Positions 29,690 through 40,201 of a stretch of 64,000 nucleotides of DNA are shown piece by piece. Positions within the stretch are counted from its first letter, which is position 1. Every line of letters begins with the position of its first letter. Origin of the DNA: Nitrosopumilus sp. (GTDB lineage Archaea > Thermoproteota > Nitrososphaeria > Nitrososphaerales > Nitrosopumilaceae); contig OY759726.1 in NCBI GenBank assembly GCA_963662625.1, positions 384,001-448,000 of the forward strand, written 5' to 3'. The position numbers and the translations under genes are program-made. A model generated the notes under the pieces. That model did no database searches. It saw only the letters and a program-made list of their open reading frames with translations, and was not told the DNA's origin.

Positions 29690-31090
29690 CTAGCCTACTG
29701 AATCGTCCATTTCCAGCTTGATGAGCCTGTTCAGTTCCACGGCGTACTCCATCGGGAGTTCCTTCGTGAACGGCTCCATGAACCCGTTGACTATCAGTGA
29801 AAGCGCCTCCTCCTCAGTAAACCCCCTGCTCATCAGGTAGAATATCTGCTCGTCGCCGATCTTCCCCACCGTCGCCTCGTGGGTGATCGTGGCGTCCTCC
29901 TGGTTGATCTCCATGTACGGGTAGGTGTCGGTCTTGGAGGTGTCGTCCAGGAGCAGCGCGTCGCACCTGACGGTGGACTTGACGCCCGTGGCGCCCTTGG
30001 CCACGTTGAGCAGCCCCCGGTACGTGGAACGCCCGTCCAGCCTGCTGACGGACTTTGACGTGATCTTCGAGGTCGTGTTCGGGGCCAAGTGGACCATCTT
30101 TGCGCCCGTGTCCTGGTGCTGGCCTTTCCCGGCGAACGCGATCGAGAGCGTCTCCCCGTACGCGCGCTCGCCCAGCAGGTAGACCCCCGGGTACTTCATG
30201 GTCAGCCTGCTCCCGATGTTCCCGTCGATCCACTCCACCGTGGCCCCCTCGTACGCGTACGCCCGCTTTGTGACGAGGTTGTACACGTCGTTGCTCCAGT
30301 TCTGTATGGTGGTGTAGCGCAGCTTCGCGTCCTTGTGCGCGACCAGTTCGACCACCGCGGAGTGCAGGGATTCCGACGAGTACACGGGGGCGGTGCAGCC
30401 CTCGATGTAGTGCACTTCTGCTCCCTCGTCCACTACGATCAGCGTCCTTTCGAACTGGCCGATGTTCTCGGCGTTGATCCTAAAGTATGCCTGCAACGGC
30501 ATGTCTACCTTGATGCCGGGGGGCACGTAGATGAAGGATCCCCCGCTCCATACCGCGCTGTTGAGGGCGGCAAACTTGTTGTCCTCGGGCGGTATGACCT
30601 TGCCGAAGTACTTTCTGAAGATCTCCGGCTGCTCCTTCAGGGCAGAGTCCGTGTCAAGGAACAGCACTCCCTGCTTTTCCAAGTCCTCCCGGAGGTTGTG
30701 GTACACCACCTCGGACTCGTACTGCGCCCCCACTCCCGCCAGGAACTTCTTTTCGGCCTCGGGGATTCCCAGCTTGTCAAAGGTGTTCTTAACGTCCTCT
30801 GGGACGTCGTCCCAGTTCTTCTCGGTCTTTTCGGACGCCTTTGCATAGTAGTAGATGTTCTGGAAGTCGATCACGCTGAGGTCCCCTCCCCACGTCGGCA
30901 TCGGCTTGCTCATGAAAATTTCGTAGGAACGCAGCCTGAAGTCGAGCATCCACTGCGGCTCGCCCTTCATCTTGCTGATTCCGATTACGGTCTCCTTGGT
31001 CAGGCCCTTCTTGCTCAGGTGGACGTACATCTCGGTAGAGTCCTTAAAGTCGTACTTCGAGTAGTCCATGTCTAGGTTTTCAGTGGCCAT
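29690..31090 (-). CDS. sufB: Fe-S assembly protein SufB
   Basis: [34 protein letters not shown]. Confidence 0.96.
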   Translation of the reverse strand: MATENLDMDYSKYDFKDSTEMYVHLSKKGLTKETVIGISKMKGEPQWMLDFRLRSYEIFMSKPMPTWGGDLSVIDFQNIYYYAKASEKTEKNWDDVPEDVKNTFDKLGIPEAEKKFLAGVGAQYESEVVYHNLREDLEKQGVLFLDTDSALKEQPEIFRKYFGKVIPPEDNKFAALNSAVWSGGSFIYVPPGIKVDMPLQAYFRINAENIGQFERTLIVVDEGAEVHYIEGCTAPVYSSESLHSAVVELVAHKDAKLRYTTIQNWSNDVYNLVTKRAYAYEGATVEWIDGNIGSRLTMKYPGVYLLGERAYGETLSIAFAGKGQHQDTGAKMVHLAPNTTSKITSKSVSRLDGRSTYRGLLNVAKGATGVKSTVRCDALLLDDTSKTDTYPYMEINQEDATITHEATVGKIGDEQIFYLMSRGFTEEEALSLIVNGFMEPFTKELPMEYAVELNRLIKLEMDDSVG

Positions 31091-31372
31091 ATAGAGAATA
31101 ACTCCGTTATATTATAAATACATGAGGAAAAATAGGCGTAGCTAAATAGCTGGGGCCAAACTGCGCGCGTCCGGCCCCGGCGGGGGGCGGATCCGCCCTC
31201 CCGCGCGATCCGCCGCTCCCTGGAACCGCCGGCTTCGCGCCGCCGGCCGCCGCAAACGGGATCCCGCGAAATCCGCGGCGTCATGCGGCGCTGGGGGGGC
31301 TGGCCGTCTTCCGGATCCCGACGGGCGCCGCATTCCCAAAAAGCTTTTTAATGACAACTGGGGACAAAGTCC

Positions 31373-31756
31373 ATGGAAACGAGTCTGGTAAAGCAGGTAA
31401 GGGCAGAGGAGAACTCGAAGATCAAGGCGCTCCAAAAGACCATCTCCGACACGAAGGCATCCCTGAAGAAGGCAAGGAAGGAAGCAAGGAAGAAGATAAG
31501 GGCTACGAAAAAGTCCGAGGTGGAACGAATCAGGGCCGAGAAGATTCAGGCAAAGGAGGAAGCTAGGAGGCGCGCCATAGAGGCAAAGAAGAACGTCAAG
31601 AGGATGCGAAAGCGCGTCAAGGAGACGAGGCACACGGCCAAGCAGGAAGCCCGCGCAAAGATCAAGGACGCGAAGAAGGCCCTAAAGGATGCAAAAAAGC
31701 ACCCCGAGAAGGCCGCGGCTGATCCAAAGCCGTCCAAGGCAGAGGCTAAGGCCTGA
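31373..31756 (+). CDS. small Lys/Arg-rich helical protein
   Basis: 127 aa, very basic; TTTTTAAT upstream. Confidence 0.7.
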   Translation: METSLVKQVRAEENSKIKALQKTISDTKASLKKARKEARKKIRATKKSEVERIRAEKIQAKEEARRRAIEAKKNVKRMRKRVKETRHTAKQEARAKIKDAKKALKDAKKHPEKAAADPKPSKAEAKA

Positions 31757-32504
31757 AACTGTCCAGTTCTTGGACGAGTTTTTGGTAGAGCTCGCTTCGT
31801 TTGTTTTTTTCCGAAGCCACGATCTCCGTAAAGTCGGGAAACTCCCTGCGGTTCTTCTCCAGGTACCCTACGAAGACGTCGCAGTCGTGTATGTCGCCCG
31901 CGAGCTTCTGCAGGAACTTCAGGTTGGTGATGAGCTTGTCGTGGGCGTCCGCCGGGAACAGTTCCAGCACGTACCTCAGTTTTTTGGCGTCCTTGCGCAG
32001 GGAATGCAGTTCGTCCATGTTACCCTCGTCCCCCATCACGGCGGGGACGCGGCCCTTGATGCTCTTGACCAGCGCGATGATCCGCTTCTGGGACCTCGAG
32101 TCGTCGGGCCCGGACGTCTTGACCACCACCCTCCCGGACTTGGAGATTTTGGCGGCCAGGTCCAGCGCCTTGGACAGCCTCTTGAGCTTCATTCCGTTTG
32201 TGAGCACCGAGATCCTGGAACTGGGATCATAGCCGTACTGCGCCAGCTTTTCCAGTATGATGTCGTGGTCCCTGATCAGGCTGTTCAGAGAGAAGAGGCT
32301 CCTGTACATCGAGATCATCCTCTTGGACTGCTTGGTCTTGCCCGATTTCGGAAACACCGAGTACGCCGCCTCCAGCCTGCGGATGGAGGTCCTGATGTCG
32401 TGGATGTTCTTCTCCGACGGGTGCTCGATGTAGGATTCCAAGACAGAGTGCACCCGGCCCAACCTTGCGAAGAATACGTCTAGGAAAGACTCAGGCCGGC
32501 TCAT
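31746..32504 (-). CDS. CHAD domain (polyphosphate-binding) protein
   Basis: IHDIRTSIRRL, LHSLRKDAKKLRY, LQKLAGDIHDCDV. Confidence 0.92.
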   Translation of the reverse strand: MSRPESFLDVFFARLGRVHSVLESYIEHPSEKNIHDIRTSIRRLEAAYSVFPKSGKTKQSKRMISMYRSLFSLNSLIRDHDIILEKLAQYGYDPSSRISVLTNGMKLKRLSKALDLAAKISKSGRVVVKTSGPDDSRSQKRIIALVKSIKGRVPAVMGDEGNMDELHSLRKDAKKLRYVLELFPADAHDKLITNLKFLQKLAGDIHDCDVFVGYLEKNRREFPDFTEIVASEKNKRSELYQKLVQELDSFRP

Positions 32505-33241
32505 GCCACCTTTGCCAGGAATCTGCTGATCCGTCGCTGCAGCATGACGTTTACCTGCTCCTGCGTCCTGTTCCCGTCCATCGAGATCAGGTTGTATTTC
32601 TGCTGCAGGTGCTGGAACTCTTTTGCAAGCTTCCTCTGGTATAATATGAAGGACTCGAACATGTCTTCGGACAGCCCCATGTCGGCGCCCGACTCGTAAT
32701 AGTCGAGCGACCGCTTCTTCTCAAACACCCTGTGGACCAGCTTGAAAGGATCCACGTCCAGGTAGAACACCAGGTCGGGCACCAGCGCGAAGCTGTACAG
32801 GTTTGAGGACCACCCCCTCTGGATCCCGCGTACCGTGTTCCTGGCCATCAGCGTGTAGATGTACCTGTCGGCCAGGACCACGTATCCCGCCTGGAGCGCC
32901 GGGATTATCTTCTGCTCCAGCTGGTCGGCAAAGTCGGCCGCGTAGAACAGGGCGCTGGTCCTCTTCCCCAGGGAGACGTTCCTCTTTGCCTCCAGGATCC
33001 CGCCGCCTATGAGCTCCGAACGCTTCAGCCCCGTGTTCAGCACCGCGAATCCGTCGGCCTCCAGCTGCGTGGTAAGCATCTCGATCTGCGTGCTGCGGCC
33101 GGACGCGTCGGGCCCCTCGATCACTATCAGCCTGCCGCTGATCTCGAGGTCCTGCATGTACGGGATCCCGCCGAACTTGGCGGAGCCGTACCAGACCAGC
33201 TTGCGGTTTTTCCAGTGGCGCGTGAGTCCCGTGCGCATCAT
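32501..33241 (-). CDS. dTMP-kinase-like protein, probable archaeal PPK3 subunit (degenerate P-loop)
   Basis: EGPDASGRST, ADRYIYT; polyP gene context. Confidence 0.8.
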   Translation of the reverse strand: MMRTGLTRHWKNRKLVWYGSAKFGGIPYMQDLEISGRLIVIEGPDASGRSTQIEMLTTQLEADGFAVLNTGLKRSELIGGGILEAKRNVSLGKRTSALFYAADFADQLEQKIIPALQAGYVVLADRYIYTLMARNTVRGIQRGWSSNLYSFALVPDLVFYLDVDPFKLVHRVFEKKRSLDYYESGADMGLSEDMFESFILYQRKLAKEFQHLQQKYNLISMDGNRTQEQVNVMLQRRISRFLAKVA

Positions 33242-33954
33242 GGCACCTCCAGCATCGCCTTCTTCATCTTCGGGGTGAGCAGCTGCATTATCCTGCTCCG
33301 CATGATCTTCTGCTGCTCCTGGATCCCGAACGTCGCGTCGATGACCGCGAAGTTCTCCCTCTTGGCCATGGACTCGTACTGCTCGATTATCTTGCTTTGG
33401 AATATCCTGTAGCTTTCGTAGATGTCGTTGCTCAGGTTCAGGTCCATGCCCGCCTCGTAGTGCTTCAGCTTCGGCCTCCCGGACAGGATCCTGTCCATCG
33501 ATATGTCTATCGGCACCCTGAAATAGAATGCCAGGTCAGGCTTTAGCGCAAAGTCATATATCTTCCTCACCCACTGCGGGTTGCACCCCCTCGTGACGTC
33601 CCTCGCGTACGCCGTGTAGACGTACCTGTCTGCCAGCACAAAGTACCCGGCGCGCAAGAGCGGCAGGATGTTCCTTTCGAACCGATCCGCAAAGTCGGTC
33701 GCGTGCAGCAGGCTGAACGTGGTGGGCGTGAGGTTCGCCTTCTTCTTTCCCTTGGAGGTCACCGACTTTACCATGTTAGACGAGTTCCATTCCGTGAGGA
33801 ACACCTCGAAGTTGTTGAAGCGGAGCCATTTTTCCACCAGGCGCAGCTGTGTAGACTTTCCCGAGCCGTCGATCCCCTCCACGACGATCAGCTTCCCTGG
33901 TATGTCGTATTTTTTAATGGACTGCTTCGAACTGGACAACGCTATGGTTACCAT
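33238..33954 (-). CDS. dTMP-kinase-like protein, probable archaeal PPK3 subunit (intact P-loop)
   Basis: EGIDGSGKST, ADRYVYT; polyP gene context. Confidence 0.8.
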   Translation of the reverse strand: MVTIALSSSKQSIKKYDIPGKLIVVEGIDGSGKSTQLRLVEKWLRFNNFEVFLTEWNSSNMVKSVTSKGKKKANLTPTTFSLLHATDFADRFERNILPLLRAGYFVLADRYVYTAYARDVTRGCNPQWVRKIYDFALKPDLAFYFRVPIDISMDRILSGRPKLKHYEAGMDLNLSNDIYESYRIFQSKIIEQYESMAKRENFAVIDATFGIQEQQKIMRSRIMQLLTPKMKKAMLEVP

Positions 33955-34099
33955 GCCAATGACGGGTATAAATTCCCTATGCAACCCGGCTCGAGTCCGG
34001 GCCGGGCGGCCCCCCCCCCCCCGAATCTGGCGGCGGCCGGTCTTGCGCGTGCCGCGTCGGCGCGCCCCGGGGGCCGCCGGGCCGCGGGATCGTGCGGCC

Positions 34100-35632
34100 C
34101 TACCCGCTGCGGATCGTGAACTTTGCGGATATCCCGAGCGCGTCCTCTGCCCGCGAGCACGCCCGCCGCAGCAGGGACTCGGGGAACGTGCCGCCTGCAG
34201 TGCAGACGTCCATGCTGAGCGAGCGGGGGGCCCCGGATGCAGGCCTGGCCGTCGTTCCGGCCTTGTGGAAGACGTCGCAGAGGGATACCGCCGCAGAGAT
34301 TTTTTCGACCGTCTTCTCGTCGGACGGTTCCAGGATGCCCCCATACCGGGAAAGCAGGTTCCCCGCCTCCCCCGGCGCCCCGGCACATGCAACCGACAGC
34401 GCCACTATGAGATGATCCCTGTGGGACAGCGGGCCGTCGTCGTCCAGGATCGATCTCAGCGCGCCGTCGGCGCCGCCGGGCGCTGGCGGCATGCCGATTT
34501 GCGCGACTGCCTCCGCCAGCAGCGCCCCCTCGCGCTCGGTGAACAGGCCCATCGAGAGCAGCAACCGCGCCAGTTCCTCGGCGTGCCTTGGAAAGGCCGC
34601 GGGCCGGCGTGACAGGCGGATCAGTTCCCGCACGTGTCCGTCGCCGATCTTGTGGGCGGCAAACTCCCCCGGGAACCGGAGCGAGAGGGACAGAGCTCCC
34701 TCCCGCAGCGCCCGCGTGCTCATTACCAGCGAGCGGAACCCCAGTTTTTTCACGAGTTCCGAGATCACCGTCAGGCCGGCGTGGACGACGTGGGCCCGGC
34801 CCGGCCCTATGGGCCCGATCGCCGCCAGCTCGTCCTGGGTCTTCGGCACGAGGTCCCGCAGGATCGACTCCACGGACTTGGACGTCATGGCGTAATTGTG
34901 CAGCTTCGGCAGGGGGTAGCCTGCCGTCGTCTGGTCGTACTGCACCATTGCGCGCAGCGTGCCCCCGACTCCCACCAGGACCGGATCGTCGGAGCCCGAC
35001 AGCCCGAGGGACTCCCTGGAGGGCAGGCGCCCTGCAACGTAGGAGCGCATGGACTCGAGGCCCTCGGCGGAAAGCGCCCCGCCCGCCGAAAACCTCTGCG
35101 TGAGGCGGATGGCGCCGAGCGGCAGGGAGGACACGCTCAGGATTTCAAAGTCCCTCGAGGACACGATCTCGATGCTCCCTCCCCCGATGTCAAAGAACAC
35201 CACCGACGGGAGGTCCATCGAGCAGATCGCGCCGGCGTAGGAATAGAGGGCCTCCTCGCGCTCCGACAAGACCTTGAAGTCGATGCCGGTCTCACGGCGG
35301 ACGCTGCCGAGGAAGGCCTCCCGGTTCGAGGCTTCCCGCACTGCGCTGGTGGCGATCGCGACGACGTGATCGATCCGGTCAGAGCCCATGGCACTCTTGA
35401 AGGACTCGAGCGTCTCGATGGTGTGCGCCAGGCGGCTGTCCGAGATGGCGCCGTCGGCCATCCCGGCCGCGAGTTTTACCGCTACCGACTCGTGGTGGTA
35501 CGGCCTGTACGAGCCGTGCATGCCGGCGGAATAGCTGACCATCTTCAGGGTGTTTGATCCGAGGTCTATCACCGACGCCTTTGCGGGCATGCCGGCGGCG
35601 CCCGGGCCACCCGGTCGGGGCGTTTGTGCCAT
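34100..35632 (-). CDS. ppx: exopolyphosphatase Ppx/GppA
   Basis: VIDLGSNT, ATSAVREA, EEA, DIGGGSIE, ALREG. Confidence 0.92.
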   Translation of the reverse strand: MAQTPRPGGPGAAGMPAKASVIDLGSNTLKMVSYSAGMHGSYRPYHHESVAVKLAAGMADGAISDSRLAHTIETLESFKSAMGSDRIDHVVAIATSAVREASNREAFLGSVRRETGIDFKVLSEREEALYSYAGAICSMDLPSVVFFDIGGGSIEIVSSRDFEILSVSSLPLGAIRLTQRFSAGGALSAEGLESMRSYVAGRLPSRESLGLSGSDDPVLVGVGGTLRAMVQYDQTTAGYPLPKLHNYAMTSKSVESILRDLVPKTQDELAAIGPIGPGRAHVVHAGLTVISELVKKLGFRSLVMSTRALREGALSLSLRFPGEFAAHKIGDGHVRELIRLSRRPAAFPRHAEELARLLLSMGLFTEREGALLAEAVAQIGMPPAPGGADGALRSILDDDGPLSHRDHLIVALSVACAGAPGEAGNLLSRYGGILEPSDEKTVEKISAAVSLCDVFHKAGTTARPASGAPRSLSMDVCTAGGTFPESLLRRACSRAEDALGISAKFTIRSG

Positions 35633-35699
35633 TACACCCTTGCGGGGCCGCACAAAGCTAAAAAAAGTATCTGCCGCGCATCCCGTGGCGGGCCCGGGG

Positions 35700-36206
35700 C
35701 TACTTGCAGAGCCTTCTGAGCTGCTTCGGGGTCAGTATGCTCCGCAGGATTCCGGTGACCGCGGAGTTAGTGGCGGAGCCCTGCATGTGCGCAAAGCCGC
35801 CTTTCTTAAGGGAGATGGAGACCTCGTGGCTCCCCTGTGATATTATGGCGCCGATCAGATCGCTGAGGAGGGGCTCGTGGCCCACCAGCATGACGGAGGC
35901 GTCGGGGTTCAGGGTCGAGAGCTTTTGCAGGATTGCGCCGGCGTCGAACTCGGGCTTTAGCTCGTCCCAGTACGCGATGGGGCGCTTCTTCCTTTTCACG
36001 TACTTCGAGGCGATCTGGGCTGTCTGCTTTGCCCTCAGCAGGGGGCTGGACGCTATGTAGTCCAGTTCGAGGTCCATGTCCTTGATTGCCTTGGAGATGC
36101 AGTGGAGCTCCTTCTTTCCGGCCTCGGTCAGCTTCCGGTTGGAGTCGCTTTTTACCGTCAGCAACCGTTCCTCCGCCTTGCCGTGCCTTAGAATATAGAT
36201 ATCCAC
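35700..36206 (-). CDS. sixA: phosphohistidine phosphatase SixA
   Basis: LRHGKA, SSPLLRAKQTA, LVGHEP. Confidence 0.92.
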   Translation of the reverse strand: MDIYILRHGKAEERLLTVKSDSNRKLTEAGKKELHCISKAIKDMDLELDYIASSPLLRAKQTAQIASKYVKRKKRPIAYWDELKPEFDAGAILQKLSTLNPDASVMLVGHEPLLSDLIGAIISQGSHEVSISLKKGGFAHMQGSATNSAVTGILRSILTPKQLRRLCK

Positions 36207-36318
36207 AACAACATATTATATGTTCATTATTTATTTAAAATGACAATATTTTGCATAATCTATATAGAAAATGGCCCGGTGCCGGAAAACGCGGCCGGCC
36301 GGGTTCCCCGTGGGCGGC

Positions 36319-37125
36319 CTACCGGCCCGACAGCGCCGCCCCCAGCGTCTCGAAGGAGCCAGCCACGGTGTGCACCCCGGAGACGGCGTGGTCCACGTGA
36401 AACTTTGCAAGCTCGCCTGCGGTGAACGGGCCTATGGCCACCACGTGCATCCCGGACAGGGCGTCTGCGAGGTCGGCCTCCGCGTGATCCCGGGTCATGA
36501 TCTCGAAGAAGCCGCGCACTGACGAGGCGCTCGTGAACACTATGCCGTCCACCCCGCCCCGCGAGAAGAGCCCGCGGAACTCGTCCCACTGGGACGTGTC
36601 GCGGAACGCGCGGACGTCGTAAAGGTGGAGCTCCAGCACGTCGATCCCGATCTTGTTCAGCAGGTCCTTCAGGAACGGCGTGGACGCCCCGCTGCGCGGC
36701 ACTATCGCCTTCTTGCCCACCGCGTTGATCCTCGTGAACACCTCCCCTACCCCGACCGAGGAGAACGTCCTTTCTGGCATCAGGTTCACCCTGATCCCCT
36801 CGCCCTCCAGGGCGTCCCGGGTCTTGGGGCCCACCGCCACCACGGTCGTGTTGGCCACCGCCAGCCGGAGCTCCCCCTCCCGCGACGACTCCCTCGCGGT
36901 GTCGAACAGCAGCCTTGCGGCCTTGGAGCTCATGAACACCGAATAGTCCGGGGCGTATTCGTCCATCGAGTCCAGGAACTCGTCCACTATCCCCGGGCCC
37001 TTGCTGACCAGCTCGATGGCAGGGATTGGCAGCGGCCTCACGTTGTTGCTTTTGGCCAGCTCTATGAACTCGCCGGCGTCCTCCCTGGAACGCGTTATCG
37101 CGATCGTCTTTGCGCCTGCAGTCAT
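36319..37125 (-). CDS. hemD: uroporphyrinogen-III synthase
   Basis: IAITR, AVGPKT, FTSASSV, IGPFT. Confidence 0.9.
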   Translation of the reverse strand: MTAGAKTIAITRSREDAGEFIELAKSNNVRPLPIPAIELVSKGPGIVDEFLDSMDEYAPDYSVFMSSKAARLLFDTARESSREGELRLAVANTTVVAVGPKTRDALEGEGIRVNLMPERTFSSVGVGEVFTRINAVGKKAIVPRSGASTPFLKDLLNKIGIDVLELHLYDVRAFRDTSQWDEFRGLFSRGGVDGIVFTSASSVRGFFEIMTRDHAEADLADALSGMHVVAIGPFTAGELAKFHVDHAVSGVHTVAGSFETLGAALSGR

Positions 37126-37862
37126 CTCCACCCGATCTCCTTGGACAGGGTGACCACGTTGCCGATTATAATGTTTGCAGGGGGCCTGATCTTGCCCGCC
37201 CTCACCCGCCTCCCGATGTTCGACACCGTCCCGGTCACCATCCTGTGCCGCGGCGTGGTACCGTTCTGGATGACCGCCGCCGGCGTGTCCTTGTCCATGC
37301 CCCCCTCCACCAGCTGGCCGCATATGTAGTCAAGCCTCGACAGGCCCATCATTATGACTATCGTGTCGACCGACTTTGCAAGGCGCTTCCACCTTACCGA
37401 CCTGGACCCCTTTCCGGGATCCTCGTGGCCCGTGACGAACGCCACCGACGACGCGTGCCTCCTGTGGGTGAGCGGGATCCCCGAATACGTGGCGGAGCCT
37501 ATGCCGGAGGTTATGCCAGGCACTATCTCGTACCTTATGCGGTTCTTCCGGAGGAACTCGGCCTCCTCGCCCCCGCGCCCGAAGATGATCGGGTCCCCGC
37601 CCTTGAGGCGCACCACGTGCCGCTTTGACCTCGCATGCCGCGCCATCAGCTCGTTCGTGACGTCTTGGTGCGCGGCGTCGTCGCCCACCGCGCGTCCGAC
37701 GTATACCTTCTCGGCGGTCTTCGGCACCATCGAGAGTATCTTCTTGCTGACCAGCCGGTCGTACAGGACCGCGTCGGCCTTTTGTATCAGCTCCACCGCC
37801 CTGACCGTGATGAGCTTCGCGTCGCCGGGGCCGGCGCCCACGAGGTACACCTTGCCCGTCAT
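37122..37862 (-). CDS. cobA: uroporphyrinogen-III C-methyltransferase
   Basis: VYLVGAGPGD, RLKGGDPIIFGRGGEE. Confidence 0.95.
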   Translation of the reverse strand: MTGKVYLVGAGPGDAKLITVRAVELIQKADAVLYDRLVSKKILSMVPKTAEKVYVGRAVGDDAAHQDVTNELMARHARSKRHVVRLKGGDPIIFGRGGEEAEFLRKNRIRYEIVPGITSGIGSATYSGIPLTHRRHASSVAFVTGHEDPGKGSRSVRWKRLAKSVDTIVIMMGLSRLDYICGQLVEGGMDKDTPAAVIQNGTTPRHRMVTGTVSNIGRRVRAGKIRPPANIIIGNVVTLSKEIGWR

Positions 37863-38794
37863 CCCCCGTTCCACTCCTCGAGCCGCTCCCTCCAGTTCAG
37901 CGCGAGATCGCCGAGGCCCCTCTCGCGGAGCTCCCTGCCGGCCAGGACTCCCAGCGACGCGGGATCCGACTTGGGCCCGGTCTTCTCCACTGCCAGCGAC
38001 CTCGAGCCATCCACCGAGAACGCGGATGCCCTGAGCGTCAGCTCCCCCCCTCCGGCCCTGGCATAGGCGCCCACCGGAAAGCGGCACCCGGAATCCACCG
38101 CGGACGACAGCGCCCGCTCCGCCTCCGCCTCCAGGCGGGAGTCCGGATCCTCTATGCCCCCGAGCATCGACGCCGTCCCGGCGTCGCCCTCCCGCGCCAC
38201 GACGGCCAGCGCGCCCTGTCCGGGGGACGGCACGAAGTCGTCTAGCGGCAGCACCTCGTGCCTTACGCCGAGCCCCAGCCGCCCGATCCCGGCGGCGGCC
38301 AGGATTACCGCGTCGTAGTCGGGGCCGCCAACCTTCCCTATCCTGGTCCCTATGTTTCCCCGCACCGGCTTGACGGCGATGTCGGGCCTCTTTCTCGTGG
38401 CCTGGACTGCGCGCCTCAGGCTGCTCGTGCCGACCGTCGAGTTCGGCGGCAGCCCCTCCAGCGTCGAGCCGTCGGCCGAGACCAGCACGTCGTTGGCGGG
38501 CGCGCGCTTTGGGACGCACGCCAGGCGCAGGCCGGCCGGCAGGCCGGAGGGCACGTCCTTCATGCTGTGCACCGCAAAGTCCACCCTTTCTTCTGCCACG
38601 GCCAGGTCCACCTCCCTTTCGAACATCCCCCTCTGGTCTATCGCGAACAGCGGGCGCGCGTCGGTGTCGCCCCTCGTGGTTATCCGCACCACCTCGTAGT
38701 CGCATCCCGGGTTTGCCTCCGCCAGCCGGCGAATCACCCATTCCGTCTGTGCCAGGGACAGCGGGCTTCCCCGGGTACCCACGAGGTACTTCAA
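37859..38794 (-). CDS. hemC: hydroxymethylbilane synthase
   Basis: GTRGSPLSLAQ, AVHSMKDVP, GTSSLRR, RGNIGTR. Confidence 0.95.
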   Translation of the reverse strand: MKYLVGTRGSPLSLAQTEWVIRRLAEANPGCDYEVVRITTRGDTDARPLFAIDQRGMFEREVDLAVAEERVDFAVHSMKDVPSGLPAGLRLACVPKRAPANDVLVSADGSTLEGLPPNSTVGTSSLRRAVQATRKRPDIAVKPVRGNIGTRIGKVGGPDYDAVILAAAGIGRLGLGVRHEVLPLDDFVPSPGQGALAVVAREGDAGTASMLGGIEDPDSRLEAEAERALSSAVDSGCRFPVGAYARAGGGELTLRASAFSVDGSRSLAVEKTGPKSDPASLGVLAGRELRERGLGDLALNWRERLEEWNGG

Positions 38795-40068
38795 TTCCTT
38801 ACCGCCTTGAGCGCGTCCCCGTACGCGTCAAGCGCCCTGGCCAGGTCCTCCCCGGTGTGCGCCGCGGAAAAAAACACCACCTCGAACTGGGACGGCGCCA
38901 CGAATATGCCGTTCTTGAGCAGCGCGGAGAACAGCCTCCCGAACTTCTTGGCGTCGGCCCCCATGGAGGACGCATAGTCCGTGACCGGCGCGTCGGAGAA
39001 AAAGATCTGCATCATCGAGGAGGTGAAGTTGACCTGGTGCGGTATCCCGCAGTCGGCGGCCAGATCGTCCACCCCCCTGGAAAGCCTCTCGCAGTAGCGC
39101 TCCAGCCTCGGGTACATCCCGGCCTTCAGCCTGTCCATCGTCCTGACCGACGCCAGCGCGGCGCTGACTGATACCGGGTTTCCCGCGAACGTGCTTGCCT
39201 GGTAGACCCTCCCCCCCGGGGCCAGCTGGTCCATGATCCGCCTGCTGCCGCCCACCGCCGCGATCGCAAACCCGTTGCCCAGCGCCTTCCCTAGCGTGGT
39301 GATGTCAGGCCTTATGCCAAAGCTCCGCTGCGCCCCGCCCGGGGAGACCCTGAACCCGGTGACCACCTCGTCGAAGATGAGCGGGACGCCGTGCTCCCTG
39401 GTGACCTTCCTCACGTGCCGCAGGAAGTTTTTTTCGGGCAGGACGAGCCCCATGTTCGCCATGATCGGCTCTATGATCACGCCGGCGACGTCGTCGTCCC
39501 CGGCGAGGATCCCCTCGATGTCCCCGAAGTCGTTGTACTGCGCCACCAGCGTCTGCCTCGAGACGCTTGCCGGGACGCCGTCGGAGACCGAGATCCCGTT
39601 GTGCGCGGAGCCCGAGCCGGCCCTGACCAGGACGGAGTCGTGGGCGCCGTGGTAGCACCCCTCAAACTTGACGATCTTGTTTTTCTTGGTGTGGCCCCTG
39701 GCCAGCCTGATGGCGGTCATCGTGGCCTCGCCCCCCGTGTTCACCAGCCTTACCCTGTCCACGGAGGGGAAGCTGCCAGCTATCGCCTCTGACAGCTCGA
39801 CCTCCTGCTCCGTCGGGGCGCAGTAGAGCGTCCCGCGGCCCAGCTGCCCTGCGGCCGCTGAGACCACCTCCCTGCGCCGGTGCCCCAGCAGCAGGGCGCC
39901 GTAGCCGTTGCAAAAGTCCACCAGCTCCCTCCCGTCGGCGTCCCAGACGCGGCTGCCGCCGGACCTGGCCACGAAGAACGGGTACGGCTCGAAGTGGCGC
40001 ACGGGGCTGGTCACGCCCGAGGGCATCACCTTCCTTGCCCGGGCGAACAGTCTTCTGGACTTTGGCAA
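38791..40068 (-). CDS. hemL: glutamate-1-semialdehyde 2,1-aminomutase
   Basis: PSGVTSPVR, FEGCYHG, FDEVVTGFR, TTLGK, PSQFE; start uncertain. Confidence 0.95.
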   Translation of the reverse strand: MPKSRRLFARARKVMPSGVTSPVRHFEPYPFFVARSGGSRVWDADGRELVDFCNGYGALLLGHRRREVVSAAAGQLGRGTLYCAPTEQEVELSEAIAGSFPSVDRVRLVNTGGEATMTAIRLARGHTKKNKIVKFEGCYHGAHDSVLVRAGSGSAHNGISVSDGVPASVSRQTLVAQYNDFGDIEGILAGDDDVAGVIIEPIMANMGLVLPEKNFLRHVRKVTREHGVPLIFDEVVTGFRVSPGGAQRSFGIRPDITTLGKALGNGFAIAAVGGSRRIMDQLAPGGRVYQASTFAGNPVSVSAALASVRTMDRLKAGMYPRLERYCERLSRGVDDLAADCGIPHQVNFTSSMMQIFFSDAPVTDYASSMGADAKKFGRLFSALLKNGIFVAPSQFEVVFFSAAHTGEDLARALDAYGDALKAVRN

Positions 40069-40201
40069 CGCCGTACTTGGGGGCCCGTCATTATTATTCG
40101 TACATCTTCGGTTCACGGGCCCCGCGGCAAGCTCCGCCGCGGGCGCGGCCGGGCACGGGAGGGGGACGCCCGGCACTGCGGGCAGCCGCCGCGGGCGCGG
40201 G

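Noticed and set aside
32501-33954. Assigning tmk to the tandem kinases
   Set aside because: The polyP gene context and one degenerate P-loop favour PPK3; symbol withheld.
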